Positions 27,625 through 35,213 of a stretch of DNA of 57,255 nt are shown here, one piece after another (positions within the stretch are counted from its first letter, which is position 1; every line of letters starts with the position of its first letter). The translations under genes and the position numbers were made by a program. The notes under the pieces were generated by a model, which worked only from the letters and a program-made list of their open reading frames with translations, made no database searches and was not told where the DNA came from. The stretch is taken from contig JAAYIU010000162.1 in the NCBI GenBank assembly GCA_012523265.1, positions 1-57,255 on the forward strand, given 5' to 3'. The DNA comes from Bacteroidales bacterium. GTDB lineage: Bacteria > Bacteroidota > Bacteroidia > Bacteroidales > 4484-276.

Positions 27625-28812
27625 ATGAACGACGATCTGCAAGATTTCCTGAAAGCCATATCTGAAAGTTTTGAAACCAACACCCTCGTCAAACTTACCC
27701 TTAGCAAAGTGCGCAGCAAATCGGCTGACCTGCGCAATACTTTGGTGCGTCCGGTGATCATCAAAGAGTTGCTGCAGCTTAGCTTCGTGTATCGCTACCA
27801 AACCCGCGACATCACCGAAAACCTGTCCATTGACCTGGCGTTACCAAAAATAGAAGAGTCGCTCACCAACGACTTTTACCAAGGCAACCTTTTTACGACG
27901 CAGGAAGAAATACAGTGGGTTATTAATAAAAAAGGAAGCTCGCGGCTTACCCGCTCCGACGCTGGCAACACAGCACCGCTACTGCAGCCGCTCAGCCACA
28001 ACCGCCCCAAGCAGCGCCTCATCACGCCCGAAAATAACATTTACCTGCAAGCGCTCGGCATCACCAACAGCCGCTCGGAAGTGGTGCCCGCCATGAACGA
28101 TAAGTTCCGCCAGATCAATAAATTTATCGAAATCATCGAAAGCATCCTGCCCGCCTCCCCTCCCACCGGACTTTTTAAAGTTGCCGATATGGGCTCCGGC
28201 AAAGGCTACCTCACCTTTGCGCTTTATGACCATCTTACCAATAACCGAAATTTTAAAGCTGTTATCACAGGCGTGGAAATGCGGCCAGAGCTTGTGGAGA
28301 AATGCAATACCATAGCCAAACAAAGCGGTTTTGAGGGCTTGCAATTTGTCAGCGGCACCATTCAGGAATTTCAGCCGGGAAAGATAGAAATGCTTATCGC
28401 TTTGCATGCCTGCGATACCGCCACCGACGACGCCATAGCCACGGGCATCCGCGCCGGCGCCGCCACCATCATCGTGGCGCCCTGCTGCCACAAACAGGTG
28501 CGCCGTGCCATGACGCCTCCTCCGGCGCTCCGCCCCATGCTCGACCACGGCATCTTTGCCGAACGACAGGCCGAGATGCTCACCGATGCGCTGCGGGCAC
28601 TGCTGCTCACAAGGCACGGCTACCAGGTAAAAACCCTCGAATTTATTTCGAGCGAACACACCCCCAAAAATGTAATGATCGTCGCCGTGCGTTCCGGTAA
28701 AAAAGTAGCGGTTGCCCGAATAGAAAAACAAATCGCCTTGCTCAAAAAAACCTTTGGCATCGAATATCATTATCTGGAAACGCTGCTGGCGGAAGAAAAA
28801 AATCAATACTGA
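27625..28812 (+). CDS. Class I SAM-dependent methyltransferase (Methyltransf_32-like)
   Basis: VADMGSGKGYLTFALYDHL (SAM motif I), IALHACDTATDDAI, IVAPCCHKQ. The final Tyr codon and the TGA stop lie inside the MITE-like element. Confidence 0.7.
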   Translation: MNDDLQDFLKAISESFETNTLVKLTLSKVRSKSADLRNTLVRPVIIKELLQLSFVYRYQTRDITENLSIDLALPKIEESLTNDFYQGNLFTTQEEIQWVINKKGSSRLTRSDAGNTAPLLQPLSHNRPKQRLITPENNIYLQALGITNSRSEVVPAMNDKFRQINKFIEIIESILPASPPTGLFKVADMGSGKGYLTFALYDHLTNNRNFKAVITGVEMRPELVEKCNTIAKQSGFEGLQFVSGTIQEFQPGKIEMLIALHACDTATDDAIATGIRAGAATIIVAPCCHKQVRRAMTPPPALRPMLDHGIFAERQAEMLTDALRALLLTRHGYQVKTLEFISSEHTPKNVMIVAVRSGKKVAVARIEKQIALLKKTFGIEYHYLETLLAEEKNQY

Positions 28813-29015
28813 CCGACTAAAAATTATAGATTCTTTCCCGAAATTTCGGGACTCAGAATGACAAGGTTTTTCGTGTATTTGTGGGGGCGAAGGGGTGGGT
28901 GGCGGCTTCGCCGCCACCCACCCCTTCGCCTACGCCCCTAAACAACTGTCATTCTGAACGAAACGAAGTGAAGTGAAGAATCTAAAACTATCACCATCAA
29001 TTTAATCGGTCAGTA
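28807..29015 (-). mobile_element. MITE-like 209-bp element, copy B (inverted relative to copy A)
   Basis: TACTGACCGACTAAAAA...TTTAATCGGTCAGTA. The same internal modules as 14942-15160 are present in reverse order, including GGGGTGGGTGGCGGCTTCGCCGCCACCCACCCC and GTCATTCTGAACGAAACGAAGTGAAGTGAAGAATCTAAAAC. Confidence 0.7.
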
Positions 29016-29072
29016 ATGGAAAAAATGAAAATTAATAAAATCCCAACCTACTCATCTCTAACGGCTTTGCTG

Positions 29073-31541
29073 CTATGCCCTTTGTTTTTCTTTGCTTAAA
29101 AAGCGATAAGCAAGCAGCTTGATGCCATCGGTTATGAGAAACCAAACTATGGCATAGCCCCATACAAACCCTGCCCAGCCCCAGCCAAGCGGCGTCATAA
29201 ACAGCCCGTAAACCGCTATGAAGGTTGCCAAAATTTGTGTGCCCAGCACTGATATCCAAAGCGCCTTTGCCGGACGTATCGACCAGAATGATCCACGGGT
29301 TCGTGCGAGAAAAATAGTGAGATGTCCGGCTACCGACAACATCAGATACATCAGCGTTTGAATATGCGGACGATCGAGATGAAATACACGCTCACCCAGA
29401 TAAAACAATCCAAAAGCGGCCACCGGCCCTACAAGCCCCAACACTGTGGCAATTCCCAAAACAAGTCGCATATCCCAGACCTCAGGTTTGTTTTGGTAAC
29501 GCACATTGTCGTAGGCAATGGAGAGGATGGCGCCATCATTGAGTAGAGCCAGCATCACGATCATCACAGCCGTTAAAGGATAGAAATTAAAGATAAGGAT
29601 GGCCAGCGTCATAAATATTAAAACGCGTAAGGTTTCAGAAATGCGATAGATAGCGTAGCTGTTCATCCGCTGGAAAATGCGCCGGCTCTCTTTGATAGCG
29701 TCAATAATTATGGAGAGGCCGGTTTTTGTGAGTACGATAGAAGCAGCGCTCCTTGCCGCGTCGGTTGCCCCCGAAACGGCAATGCCACAATCGGCCTTTT
29801 TTAATGCGGGGGCATCATTTACACCATCACCGGTCATGCCTACAATGTGACCGAGTTTTTGCAATACATCCACAATATGAAACTTGTGCTCCGGGAAAAC
29901 CTGCGCAAAACCGTCAGCCTTGGCGATAGCTTCGCCAGCCTCTTGGGTCTCGTTGTGTTTTACATCGCCCAGGCTGCTGGCATCCATGATGTTTGAACCC
30001 ATCTTTAGTTTTTTTGCAGTTTCGCGGGCAATATCCAGCGCATCTCCGGTAACCATTTTAATTTTTACGCCCATTTTTAGCGCAGTAGCTATGGTTGCTG
30101 CTGCATCCTCGCGCGGTGGATCGAACAAGGGCAAAACACCAATAAACTGCCATTGCCCATCACCATCATCACGAGCCACGCCCAACGAACGATAGCCGCG
30201 CGCTGCAAAATCACTAACTGCTTTATCAACTTTAGTTTTAACTTTATTGGCATTGGCCGATAATTGCAATATTACCTGTGGCGCACCTTTGGTAACTTTA
30301 AAAGTTTTTCCATCGCCATCTTTAACTTTGGCCTCGGTACGTTTGTGTACCGGGTCGAATGGCTGAAAATGGAGAATTTCGTAATCTTTCAGCGTATTTT
30401 TGTCCTCCACACTTTCTAATATGGCCAGGTCGATGGTATCGTTATTTTCGGCACGTGAAGCCAAAGCCCCACACAAAATAACCTGATCCACAGTAATATC
30501 GTCTAAGGTAAAAGTCTCGCCCAACGTCAGTTTATTTTGCGTAAGCGTGCCGGTTTTGTCGGCACACAGCACGTCCACACCTGCCAGTTCTTCTATGGCC
30601 ACCAACTTACTTACTATTGCCTTTTTTTTGGCGAGTGTGCGCGCGCCAACCGCCATGGTTATTGATAATACCGTAGGCATTGCCACCGGAATAGCGGCCA
30701 CGGTAAGTACCAGTGCAAACTGCAAAGTAGTGAGCAGGGCATCTCCCCTGAATAAAGCAACTGTGATGATAATTGCCACCAACACAATTGCCAGAACAAT
30801 AAGATAATTGCCAATTTTTAAAACAGCCTTCTGAAAATGGCTTGTATTGTTTGCCTCCTGAACCAACCGGGTGGTTTTACCAAAATAAGTATTTGCACCC
30901 GTAGCATACACCAAAGCTTCTGTTTCGCCCCGTCGCATGATCGATCCTGAAAAGACAGCCTCGCCAGGCTCGCGGGTTGCAGGCAACGATTCGCCGGTAA
31001 GTGCCGATTGATCAACGTCCACCGCGTCACCCTCAAGCAGGCGCGCATCCGCTGGTACAATGTCGCCCAACCGCAGGCGGATGACATCTCCCGGAACCAA
31101 CTCACGCGATGCCGGGGTGATCCATTTCCCGTCGCGCTTGGCCCTGGCCTTGATGGCAAGTTTGGGTTTCAGGGCAGCGATGGCATTGCCCGCCTCGTGT
31201 TCTTCGTAATATCCCACTACTGCATTTACCAGAAGCAAGATTAGAATGATAAAAAAATCGGGCCACCGCCCATCCACGGCCGAAAGTATTACCGCTACCT
31301 CAATCATCCAGGGTATTGGCCCCCAAAAATACGACAGGAACTTCAGAAGCATGTTGGTCTTCTTTTCCGCAATTTCGTTAGCGCCGTATTGCGCCAGCCG
31401 TTTTTTGGCTTCCTGGTGGCTAAGGCCATTAGGCGACGAACCTAACTTTTCCCAAAGTTGCGGCATAGGAATAGATTTCAGATCGTCGTTTGAGTGTATT
31501 TCTTCTTCTGAAGTTTCCGGTTGATGATCATCTGTTTTCAT
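29073..31541 (-). CDS. P-type ATPase, plasma-membrane H+-ATPase-like (P3A subfamily)
   Basis: LTGESLP (actuator TGES), CADKTGTLTQNKLTL (phosphorylation site), MVTGDALDIA, GMTGDGVNDAPALKKADCGIAV. 822 aa with ~10 TM segments. Confidence 0.8.
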   Translation of the reverse strand: MKTDDHQPETSEEEIHSNDDLKSIPMPQLWEKLGSSPNGLSHQEAKKRLAQYGANEIAEKKTNMLLKFLSYFWGPIPWMIEVAVILSAVDGRWPDFFIILILLLVNAVVGYYEEHEAGNAIAALKPKLAIKARAKRDGKWITPASRELVPGDVIRLRLGDIVPADARLLEGDAVDVDQSALTGESLPATREPGEAVFSGSIMRRGETEALVYATGANTYFGKTTRLVQEANNTSHFQKAVLKIGNYLIVLAIVLVAIIITVALFRGDALLTTLQFALVLTVAAIPVAMPTVLSITMAVGARTLAKKKAIVSKLVAIEELAGVDVLCADKTGTLTQNKLTLGETFTLDDITVDQVILCGALASRAENNDTIDLAILESVEDKNTLKDYEILHFQPFDPVHKRTEAKVKDGDGKTFKVTKGAPQVILQLSANANKVKTKVDKAVSDFAARGYRSLGVARDDGDGQWQFIGVLPLFDPPREDAAATIATALKMGVKIKMVTGDALDIARETAKKLKMGSNIMDASSLGDVKHNETQEAGEAIAKADGFAQVFPEHKFHIVDVLQKLGHIVGMTGDGVNDAPALKKADCGIAVSGATDAARSAASIVLTKTGLSIIIDAIKESRRIFQRMNSYAIYRISETLRVLIFMTLAILIFNFYPLTAVMIVMLALLNDGAILSIAYDNVRYQNKPEVWDMRLVLGIATVLGLVGPVAAFGLFYLGERVFHLDRPHIQTLMYLMLSVAGHLTIFLARTRGSFWSIRPAKALWISVLGTQILATFIAVYGLFMTPLGWGWAGFVWGYAIVWFLITDGIKLLAYRFLSKEKQRA

Positions 31542-31708
31542 AAGAACTGATTTTCGTTATCTAAAATAATGAATTCATTCAAAAAAAAATTCTTTGTTCT
31601 AAAACACAAAAAATATGAACATTTTGAAAAAGCAAAAGTTTGAAAACAACCTGAACGATGTTAGTCGGTTGATTCAGATTTATTAATATGTCAAACATCT
31701 GATACTTC

Positions 31709-32398
31709 ATGAATTTGTACGGAAAAAAATCTAAAAGCATCCCGCAAAAAGTCATCATTATAGTGATAGAAATATTGCTGCTCTGGTGGTCGTACCGGAT
31801 TTTATTTATGGACGAAGGCACAACGCTGCTTAGGCTCATCGGGATAGATCAAAGCGCCGGAAACTTCCAGGTACGGGCAGTCATTTTTACTTTTTCTATT
31901 ATCGTTTTTTTAAGGATGACTTTCATGATAACCTATCTGCTCAAGCGAAAAATACCGTGGCAAGAAAGCATAAGCGTGCCATTTGCTTTTGCGCTCTATT
32001 TTGTTGGCTTTGCCCTTTTGGGATATGGAAGAGCTTCTGCCCCGGATTGGATCGACGTTATTGCCATCTTTCTTTTCATCTTCGGTTCATTTCTCAATAC
32101 CGGATCAGAACTACAAAGGCATTTTTGGAAAAAACATCCGGAAAATACAGGCAGATTATTTACCAGCGGTTTGTTTGGTTACTCCATGCACATCAATTAT
32201 TTCGGCGATCTGCTATGGGTCACCGCTTACGCGATAATTACCAGAAACCTTTATGCAGCCATCATCCCGATATTCCTGTTTTGCTTCTTCGTCTTTTTCA
32301 ACATTCCAAAATTGGATTGCTACCTTTGGAAAAAATACACCCCTCAGTTTGACCAGTATCGCAGGAAGACCAAAAGCTTTATTCCGTTCATTTACTGA
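31709..32398 (+). CDS. DUF1295 / ICMT-steroid reductase-like membrane methyltransferase-fold protein
   Basis: 229 aa, multi-TM. The C-terminal part LFTSGLFGYSMHINYFGDLLWVTAYA is typical of DUF1295/PEMT-ICMT-like proteins. Confidence 0.55.
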   Translation: MNLYGKKSKSIPQKVIIIVIEILLLWWSYRILFMDEGTTLLRLIGIDQSAGNFQVRAVIFTFSIIVFLRMTFMITYLLKRKIPWQESISVPFAFALYFVGFALLGYGRASAPDWIDVIAIFLFIFGSFLNTGSELQRHFWKKHPENTGRLFTSGLFGYSMHINYFGDLLWVTAYAIITRNLYAAIIPIFLFCFFVFFNIPKLDCYLWKKYTPQFDQYRRKTKSFIPFIY

Positions 32399-32664
32399 AA
32401 GCCAATTTGATTTAATTTGGTTTCGAAATTAGAAATTGTGCAAGGCTATCTCTCGTCCAAATTATTTTTGGGAGGAATGATAGTTTTCATTTTACACCCA
32501 GGGCTTGGTTATCAACAATTTGTTAGTACCGCTTTCGCTAAAAATCTGCTCTGTAATCAACTGCGAAAAGCCTTCCGGCGTTATCAACGATTGTTGAAAA
32601 ACCTGGTTGATAACCGGTGAATTAAAAACACAGAAAAAGCTTGGCTGGTACCAGAAACTCGCTG

Positions 32665-32672
32665 TATATTTG
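32665..32672 (+). promoter_or_regulatory. Candidate -7 promoter box (TATATTTG) with TTG 21 nt upstream; would drive the ORF-free unit below
   Basis: TAnnTTTG match at 32665-32672, with TTGG at 32641-32644. Confidence 0.35.
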
Positions 32673-32679
32673 TCGCATC

Positions 32680-33241
32680 AGGCCAGAGATAAAAAGTTAG
32701 CATGGCATGAATGGGGACAAAGGACGAAAGCCCTGAAATCCCTGGGAAAACGAAACGCAGGCATTCATTTGCCGGTTCGACAATAACCAGTTCTTTAAAA
32801 ATCCTTTAGCCCGCCCAACCCACAACTATCTTCTGATAGCGGTGCCGGCTTGCAAGAGCCGGGATGTTTTCGCAAACATTGTTGCCGCGGCCATCAACAC
32901 TGCAAAGCACCTCGTGTGCCGCGCTACGCTGATGAGGAAATGGAACCAGGACACCACTTGCGGAGGATTCCGTACCAGGAACTTACTTCAAACGGTGTCA
33001 GATCGCAGCCTCGTTCCACGGAACAACTTAGTCAGCGGTCTTCACAAAATGCTCTGGTTGGCACCACTTCTTGTCTTCACCGACAGCAAGCCGCCAGCCA
33101 GGCTCCACATCAGGCACCCTCACTGAATGCCTCGCGAGGAGCAACTACAATATCAGTAACCTGACGCGAAACACCCTGCCACGGCAGCGTGCCTAGCGAA
33201 CGGGAATCCATTCGACCAGAATAGATTCCCGTTTTGTTTTT
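32680..33241 (+). ncRNA. Candidate ~560-nt non-coding transcript (unclassified) ending in an intrinsic terminator, upstream of nikR
   Basis: No credible ORF on either strand. GC content looks like coding sequence rather than the AT-rich spacers elsewhere. Several stable local hairpins are present, including a GNRA-looped stem at 32845-32862. A promoter-like box lies upstream and a terminator at the 3' end. Confidence 0.35.
33201..33241 (+). terminator. Rho-independent terminator
   Basis: CGGGAATC..(ATTC-GACCA-GAAT)..GATTCCCG is followed by TTTTGTTTTT. Confidence 0.65.
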
Positions 33242-33385
33242 ACAGACTAAACCTTGCTAAAGCTTTGTTCTCCCCACTTTCCACAAACCGCTCTATCCTA
33301 CCCGCTTAGCGCCCTGCGCTCCGCGCCCCGCATTTAAATCCTTTCTAAATTTTATCCCCAATGGCTTTCGCCAAAAAAATGCAAC

Positions 33386-33393
33386 TACTTTTG
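33386..33393 (+). promoter_or_regulatory. Candidate -7 promoter box (TACTTTTG) for nikR
   Basis: TAnnTTTG match 28 nt upstream of the nikR ATG. Confidence 0.35.
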
Positions 33394-33419
33394 TGGCACG
33401 AATTATAAAAAGGTGCTAC
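33393..33419. promoter_or_regulatory. Inverted repeat GTGGCAC-N13-GTGCTAC, candidate NikR (auto)operator
   Basis: 6/7 inverted match spanning 27 bp between the -7 box and the nikR start codon. The span is similar to the 28-bp E. coli NikR operator (GTATGA-N16-TCATAC), but the half-site sequence differs. Confidence 0.25.
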
Positions 33420-33420
33420 T

Positions 33421-33819
33421 ATGACATTGAAAAGATTTGGCGTTTCGCTCGAAGAAAATCTGCTCGAAGACCTTGATCAACTTGTCGAAAACCGGAAGTT
33501 TCCCAACCGCTCGCAGGCTATCCGCTTCCTGATATCACAATCCAAAACCGAAGCGTTGTGGCTCGACGACCAGGAGGTGGCCGGCGCCATCGTGCTGGTG
33601 TACGACCACCACAAAAAGGATTTACAAATGCACGCTACCGAAATCCAGCACGATTACCACGAACTCATCCTCTCGGTACAGCATGTACACCTCGATCACA
33701 GCAACTGCCTGGAAACAATAGCTGTGAAAGGAAAAGCCACACAACTGCAGGCGCTGGCCAACCGGCTGATTGCCCTCAAGGGAATAAAACATGGCCAGCT
33801 GGTGATGAGCCGCACCTGA
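33421..33819 (+). CDS. nikR: Nickel-responsive transcriptional regulator NikR
   Basis: 132 aa. The N-terminal ribbon-helix-helix is KRFGVSLEENLLEDLDQLVENRKFPNRSQAIRFLI. The C-terminal metal-binding domain carries VLVYDHH..HDYH..HVHLDHSNCLE His/Cys ligand positions. Confidence 0.85.
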   Translation: MTLKRFGVSLEENLLEDLDQLVENRKFPNRSQAIRFLISQSKTEALWLDDQEVAGAIVLVYDHHKKDLQMHATEIQHDYHELILSVQHVHLDHSNCLETIAVKGKATQLQALANRLIALKGIKHGQLVMSRT

Positions 33820-33928
33820 TGAAATTCCAAAAAACAAAAACACAATCATAGGTAGCAGGTGTAAATAATGAAAAACAAATTTCAAAATAGAAAGAGATGG
33901 CTCTGAAATGGAATTTTGTTGCCAGGCG

Positions 33929-33998
33929 ATCACTAACCCTGGCCTTTAGGCCGGGGGTAAAAGACGAAAAAAATTCAGTGGGCTTTAGCCCAAATAAA
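33929..33998 (+). repeat. Two-hairpin REP-like element, copy 2
   Basis: ATCACTAACCCTGGCCTTTAGGCCGGGGGTAAAAGACGAAAAAAATTCAGTGGGCTTTAGCCCAAATAAA, 110 nt after the nikR stop. Confidence 0.85.
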
Positions 33999-34044
33999 AA
34001 GAATGTGATGATAAATTCTTGGAAAGGTACTGATGTAAAAGTGT

Positions 34045-34112
34045 TTTGGGCTAAAGCCCTCCGGTTTCTGACAGGGCCATCAGACCCATCCCTAAAGGGC
34101 AGGGTTATTGAG
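34045..34112 (-). repeat. Degenerate REP-like element, copy 3, head-to-head with copy 2 and ending at the start codon of the binding-protein gene
   Basis: TTTGGGCTAAAGCCCTCCGG..CCCTAAAGGGCAGGGTTATTGAG. The ATG at 34113 follows directly. Confidence 0.6.
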
Positions 34113-35213
34113 ATGCTGCAGATAAGCTATAAGCGCATTTGCATTGCAACCCTCCTTCTCTCCATCACACTTTGGAGTTGCAGCAGCAGCCATCACAAAG
34201 CCAGTGAACCGGGCATCCCGTTTACGGATATGCTCGGTCGCGAAGTGGTCGTACCGGCAAATCCGCAAAAAGTAGTAGCGCTCAACGCCGGCACGCTGCG
34301 TCTTATCACCTGGCTCGATGCTACCGATTTGATCTGTGCTGTCGAAGGCAACGAAAGTCAGCGCGCGGTGCCTTATCTTTATGCGCATCCCGAACTGCGC
34401 GAAAAGCCTTTGATTGGCTCCGGCAATCTCTACGACATGGAGTTGCTCACCGCCGCCGCTCCCGACCTCATCATTACCACCTACCTTACCCGTGCCGAAG
34501 CCGAAGAGTTGCAATCGCGCACCCGGGTTCCGGTGGTGGCCATCGTCTATGGTAACTTCGACGATGATACGGCTACGGTTTTCAAAACCCTGCACCTGCT
34601 GGGGGCTTTGCTCCATCGCACACAAAGAGCCGAAGAGGTAACCGCATTTATCCGGCACACACTGAAAGATTTGAACCACCGCACTGTTAGCGTTTCCGCC
34701 GAATTGCGCCCGCAGGTTTACGCCGGCGGCATCGCGTGGCGCGGATCGCATGGCATCACTTCTACCGAGCCACGCTTCCCGGCTTTCCGGCTGGTGAATG
34801 TAAACAATGTAGCGCAGGAACTGCCACCCGTCTGGCGGGCAGGCGGCCAAACTATTCAGAATGCTTTTATCGACAAAGAGCAACTCATCCTTTGGAATCC
34901 CCAATACATTTTTGTGGATGCCAGCGCCGCCACATTAAAACTAACCGACGAACCCTGGATTAAAATCCTTGATGCTGTTAAGCAACAAAAGGTTTATTCG
35001 CTCTGGCCTTACAACTGGTACACCACCAACTACTCCACCATCCTGGTCAACAGCTATTACATTGGCAAGCTGCTCTATCCCGAACAGTTTGCCGACGTCG
35101 ATCCGGAACAGAAAGCGCGTGAAATTTATAAAACTATTTTGGGTGCTGATGTGGTAGATGAGATGCAAAATAAATTTGGCGCTTGCTGTCAGCAAATTAA
35201 TATGGAAAGCTAA
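34113..35213 (+). CDS. ABC transporter periplasmic substrate-binding lipoprotein, FecB/BtuF (cluster A, PF01497-like) type
   Basis: I prefer the start at MLQISYKRICIATLLLSITLWSC (lipobox). KVVALNAGTLRLITWLDATDLI and PDLIITTY are typical of siderophore/B12-type binding proteins. The longer 33897 start would translate REP elements. Confidence 0.75.
   Translation: MLQISYKRICIATLLLSITLWSCSSSHHKASEPGIPFTDMLGREVVVPANPQKVVALNAGTLRLITWLDATDLICAVEGNESQRAVPYLYAHPELREKPLIGSGNLYDMELLTAAAPDLIITTYLTRAEAEELQSRTRVPVVAIVYGNFDDDTATVFKTLHLLGALLHRTQRAEEVTAFIRHTLKDLNHRTVSVSAELRPQVYAGGIAWRGSHGITSTEPRFPAFRLVNVNNVAQELPPVWRAGGQTIQNAFIDKEQLILWNPQYIFVDASAATLKLTDEPWIKILDAVKQQKVYSLWPYNWYTTNYSTILVNSYYIGKLLYPEQFADVDPEQKAREIYKTILGADVVDEMQNKFGACCQQINMES

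Noticed and set aside
27979-28917. 312-aa minus-strand ORF
   Set aside because: It is antisense to the SAM methyltransferase and runs into the MITE-like element.
32842-33164. Overlapping 94-aa and 104-aa ORFs inside the ORF-free unit
   Set aside because: They have a Cys/Arg/Pro/His-rich, low-complexity composition. The two frames overlap each other, no -7 box or plausible initiation context precedes them, and neither resembles any family I know.
32680-33241. tmRNA, RNase P RNA, SRP RNA or cobalamin/NiCo riboswitch identity for the ORF-free unit
   Set aside because: By eye it has no tRNA-like acceptor/TPsiC end or tag reading frame, no GAGGAAAGTCC/ACAGAA RNase P boxes, no SRP GGAA/AGCA domain IV motif and no B12 box (..GCCACTG..AGYCMGG..). 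It is also far longer than known riboswitch aptamers. This needs cmscan to be certain.
33897-34112. N-terminal extension of the ABC binding protein (start at 33897)
   Set aside because: The extension translates two REP-like elements. The ATG at 34113 gives a canonical lipoprotein signal peptide.
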